Shown piece after piece: positions 61,898-64,000 of a stretch of 64,000 bases of DNA. Within the stretch, counting starts at the first letter, position 1, and each line of letters opens with the position of its first letter. Below the pieces are notes generated by a model. The model did no database searches. It saw only the letters and a program-made list of their open reading frames with translations, and was not told the DNA's origin. Source of the stretch: Podarcis bocagei (Eukaryota); the NCBI GenBank assembly GCA_964188305.1, contig OZ076889.1. The stretch is one strand, 5' to 3'. A program made the position numbers and the translations under genes.

Positions 61898-63754
61898 GGT
61901 GCATCCAGTGCCGCTGTTCTGCTTGCACAATGAAACTTTTCCCCATCTGTATTTCCACACACTCAATATCTGCTCCAGAGCTGAGGGACCTTCTGGAGCA
62001 GATTTTGGGAGTTTGCAGGGGGGGGGGAGAAGCTTTGTTGCAAAAGTGGAACATCACTTGTGCACCACTAGGTATGTCTGAAGAAGCTATTTAGTTTATA
62101 GCCATTTACAAATGGGTCATTATAAATTTTATTTTTTTAAAAAAACCATATTCAACCACTTTGCCACCTCAGCATCCAAATTGTCCTAAGAGAAAAGCCA
62201 TAACAGAATGAAAACAGCATCAGATGCACAGTAATAAGTATATTTTCAAATTATTGTGTGGCAGAACTCCCATACTACCAAAGATTGTCTAAGCAAAAAT
62301 ATATTATAATTCACACTAGGAACTACATATTCATTTATTTTCTTCTCTCTTTGTTATTAATAGCTGTACTACATATAAACTAGTAGTGCATTGGACATCA
62401 TGGGTCATCAGTGGCAAGGTTTTTAATATTTCAGGACAGATCAATACCAATGCAAATAAAATAATGTTGTGTCAGGTCTGATTTCTCAGGGAATTCAATG
62501 AGGCCATGTCCGTTCTTGACAGCCAAACTCTGGCTCTGCAATTCAATACAAATAAAAGGCACTGGTATTATCACTGCTTTTTAATGGATCCACTTCAGAG
62601 AAAACTGGAAGTATTCCCCAAAGAATACCATTCTATGAGAATCAGATTTACAGACCTGCCGTTTTAACATGGACATAAAGAAACTTGATTACTGAAAAAC
62701 AAAATTAATCTCAATGTTTCTTTTGTTGTGTGTGTATTTGTGTAGAGTGGATAATTTATTTTGCAATTCACTGTTAGTTGTTTTAAGCCAAATATATTTC
62801 CCCCACACACCCCAAGCTATGTGCTAAAGAAAAAATACTGCCTGTACCAAAGTCAGAGAGCATAGCCATTGATTTCAGTGGAGCCAGAACTGCAGCCACA
62901 GAAACCCAATGGAACTCTCTAAAAGTGCAGGTTAAGAGAAGGGTTATTCTACATTGAATTATGTATATAAATATTTTATATAACTGTGCTAAGCAAAGAA
63001 ACATACAGACCATTTTCTTACTAGGTCTGGTCTAAGGGTATAACACTTACACACTGCTTTGAAAGCAATGAAAGCAGGGTTGTTGTTTTTTAAGAACTCC
63101 TAGTTCTTTCTGCATTCCATGTTTACTCGGTAAAGTTCATGCAACCATCCTGTTCCTAAATCAAAAGGAGAGACTTCTATCTCCAATTCTTGCAACAGAT
63201 TGTTACAGGTAAATTGTCTTATTTATTTATTTTTCCTTTTTCTATTAACTTACCCACTAAATTTGTAAATCACATTTCAAGGCAGTTTACCATCAAAACA
63301 ACAAAAGTATTCAAATAGAATATGCAACTGTAGCCACAAGATAAATTAGAACTAAAAGGCATCAACAATGAACAATTTCTGGGGAAGAGATTGAGAGGTT
63401 TCTGGCCCTCATAGGCCAATCTAACCTCCAAATTGAAAACCAAAAGTTGTGGTGCAAATCCAAAAGTTGTGGTGCTGGGAGCTCCAATTCTACTTTTTGT
63501 TGAGTTTGTTTCAGTGGCTACTGGCACATCACAAACATTGCTTTTACTGCCATTGTTCCCATGCTTCCTATTAATCAGTAATCCGAAATCCTGAGCTTGC
63601 ACTACAAAACTTGCACTGCATTTACAAGAAAAGATCATGGGTTTAGATTCCATCTGTGTAAGACTTACCTTACTAGCCAGTATCTTTCCATAGGCAGAAA
63701 ACTGTTCCTTCAAATTAAAGGGCCAATATTATTTCTACCCTACTCAGCCATGAA

Positions 63755-63882
63755 GCTTCCTGGGTGACCTTGGGCCATTCACAGCCTCACAGCCTAAGCT
63801 ATCTCATAGGGTCGTTGTAGGTATTTAAATGGATAGGGGGAAAAGAATTGAACACCACCTTGTGCTCTTTGGAGAAAAGGAA
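63755..63882 (+). mobile_element. CORE/MIR-like (Squam2-type) SINE 3' part
   Basis: CTGGGTGACCTTGGGCCA...CTCACAGCCTAAGCTATCTCATAGGGTCGTTGTAGG. Its A-rich (AAAT)n tail resumes at ~63966. Confidence 0.7.
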
Positions 63883-63883
63883 A

Positions 63884-63965
63884 GATAGCTCAGTTGGCTA
63901 GAGTGTGGTGGGTGTTGAACTAGATGATCTTCAGGTTCCCTTCCTACATTTCTATGATTCTGTGA
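63884..63965 (+). mobile_element. Short tRNA-head/CR1-tail SINE nested in the older SINE
   Basis: GATAGCTCAGTTGGCTAGAG...TTGAACTAGATGATCTTCAGGTTCCCTTCC...CTATGATTCTGTGA. Similar to 7705-7812. Confidence 0.65.
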
Positions 63966-64000
63966 AATGCAATAAATAAATTTAATAAATAAATAAATAC

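Noticed and set aside
63270-63713. 147-aa minus-strand ORF
   Set aside because: TTG start, spans a tandem duplication and degenerate repeat, and has no recognisable domain.
1-64000. CRISPR arrays, operons, endogenous viral genes or intact transposases
   Set aside because: Vertebrate non-coding DNA with no regularly spaced repeat-spacer array and no long ORF.

Overview
Eukaryotic, AT-rich, non-coding-looking genomic DNA from a squamate reptile, most likely a lacertid lizard. This is inferred from a full-length Sauria/Squam1 SINE, Squam3-type SINEs, and squamate CR1/L2 and Penelope-derived fragments. I cannot support any host protein-coding gene. The ORFs are chance or transposon-derived, and only three encode recognisable LINE peptides: L2 RT motifs at ~23.9 kb and ~57 kb, and an RTEX-like CCHC C-terminus at 46.7 kb. 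The window reads like a large intron or intergenic region. It is rich in MITEs (five Tigger/mariner-like copies, several hAT-type with 8-bp TSDs, one Tc2-type), has putative enhancer-like blocks at 52.3-53.4 kb and 60.0-60.4 kb, and has a 260-N assembly gap. The main points of interest are: a three-level nested insertion at 46.4-47.3 kb, with a young LINE inserted at the base of a perfect 31-bp hairpin; a strong splice acceptor running straight into the gap, which may hide an exon; a 32-bp hairpin at 36.24 kb; and several candidate + strand exons. I see no convincing novel biological system. Family names are from recalled consensus features, not from a database search.
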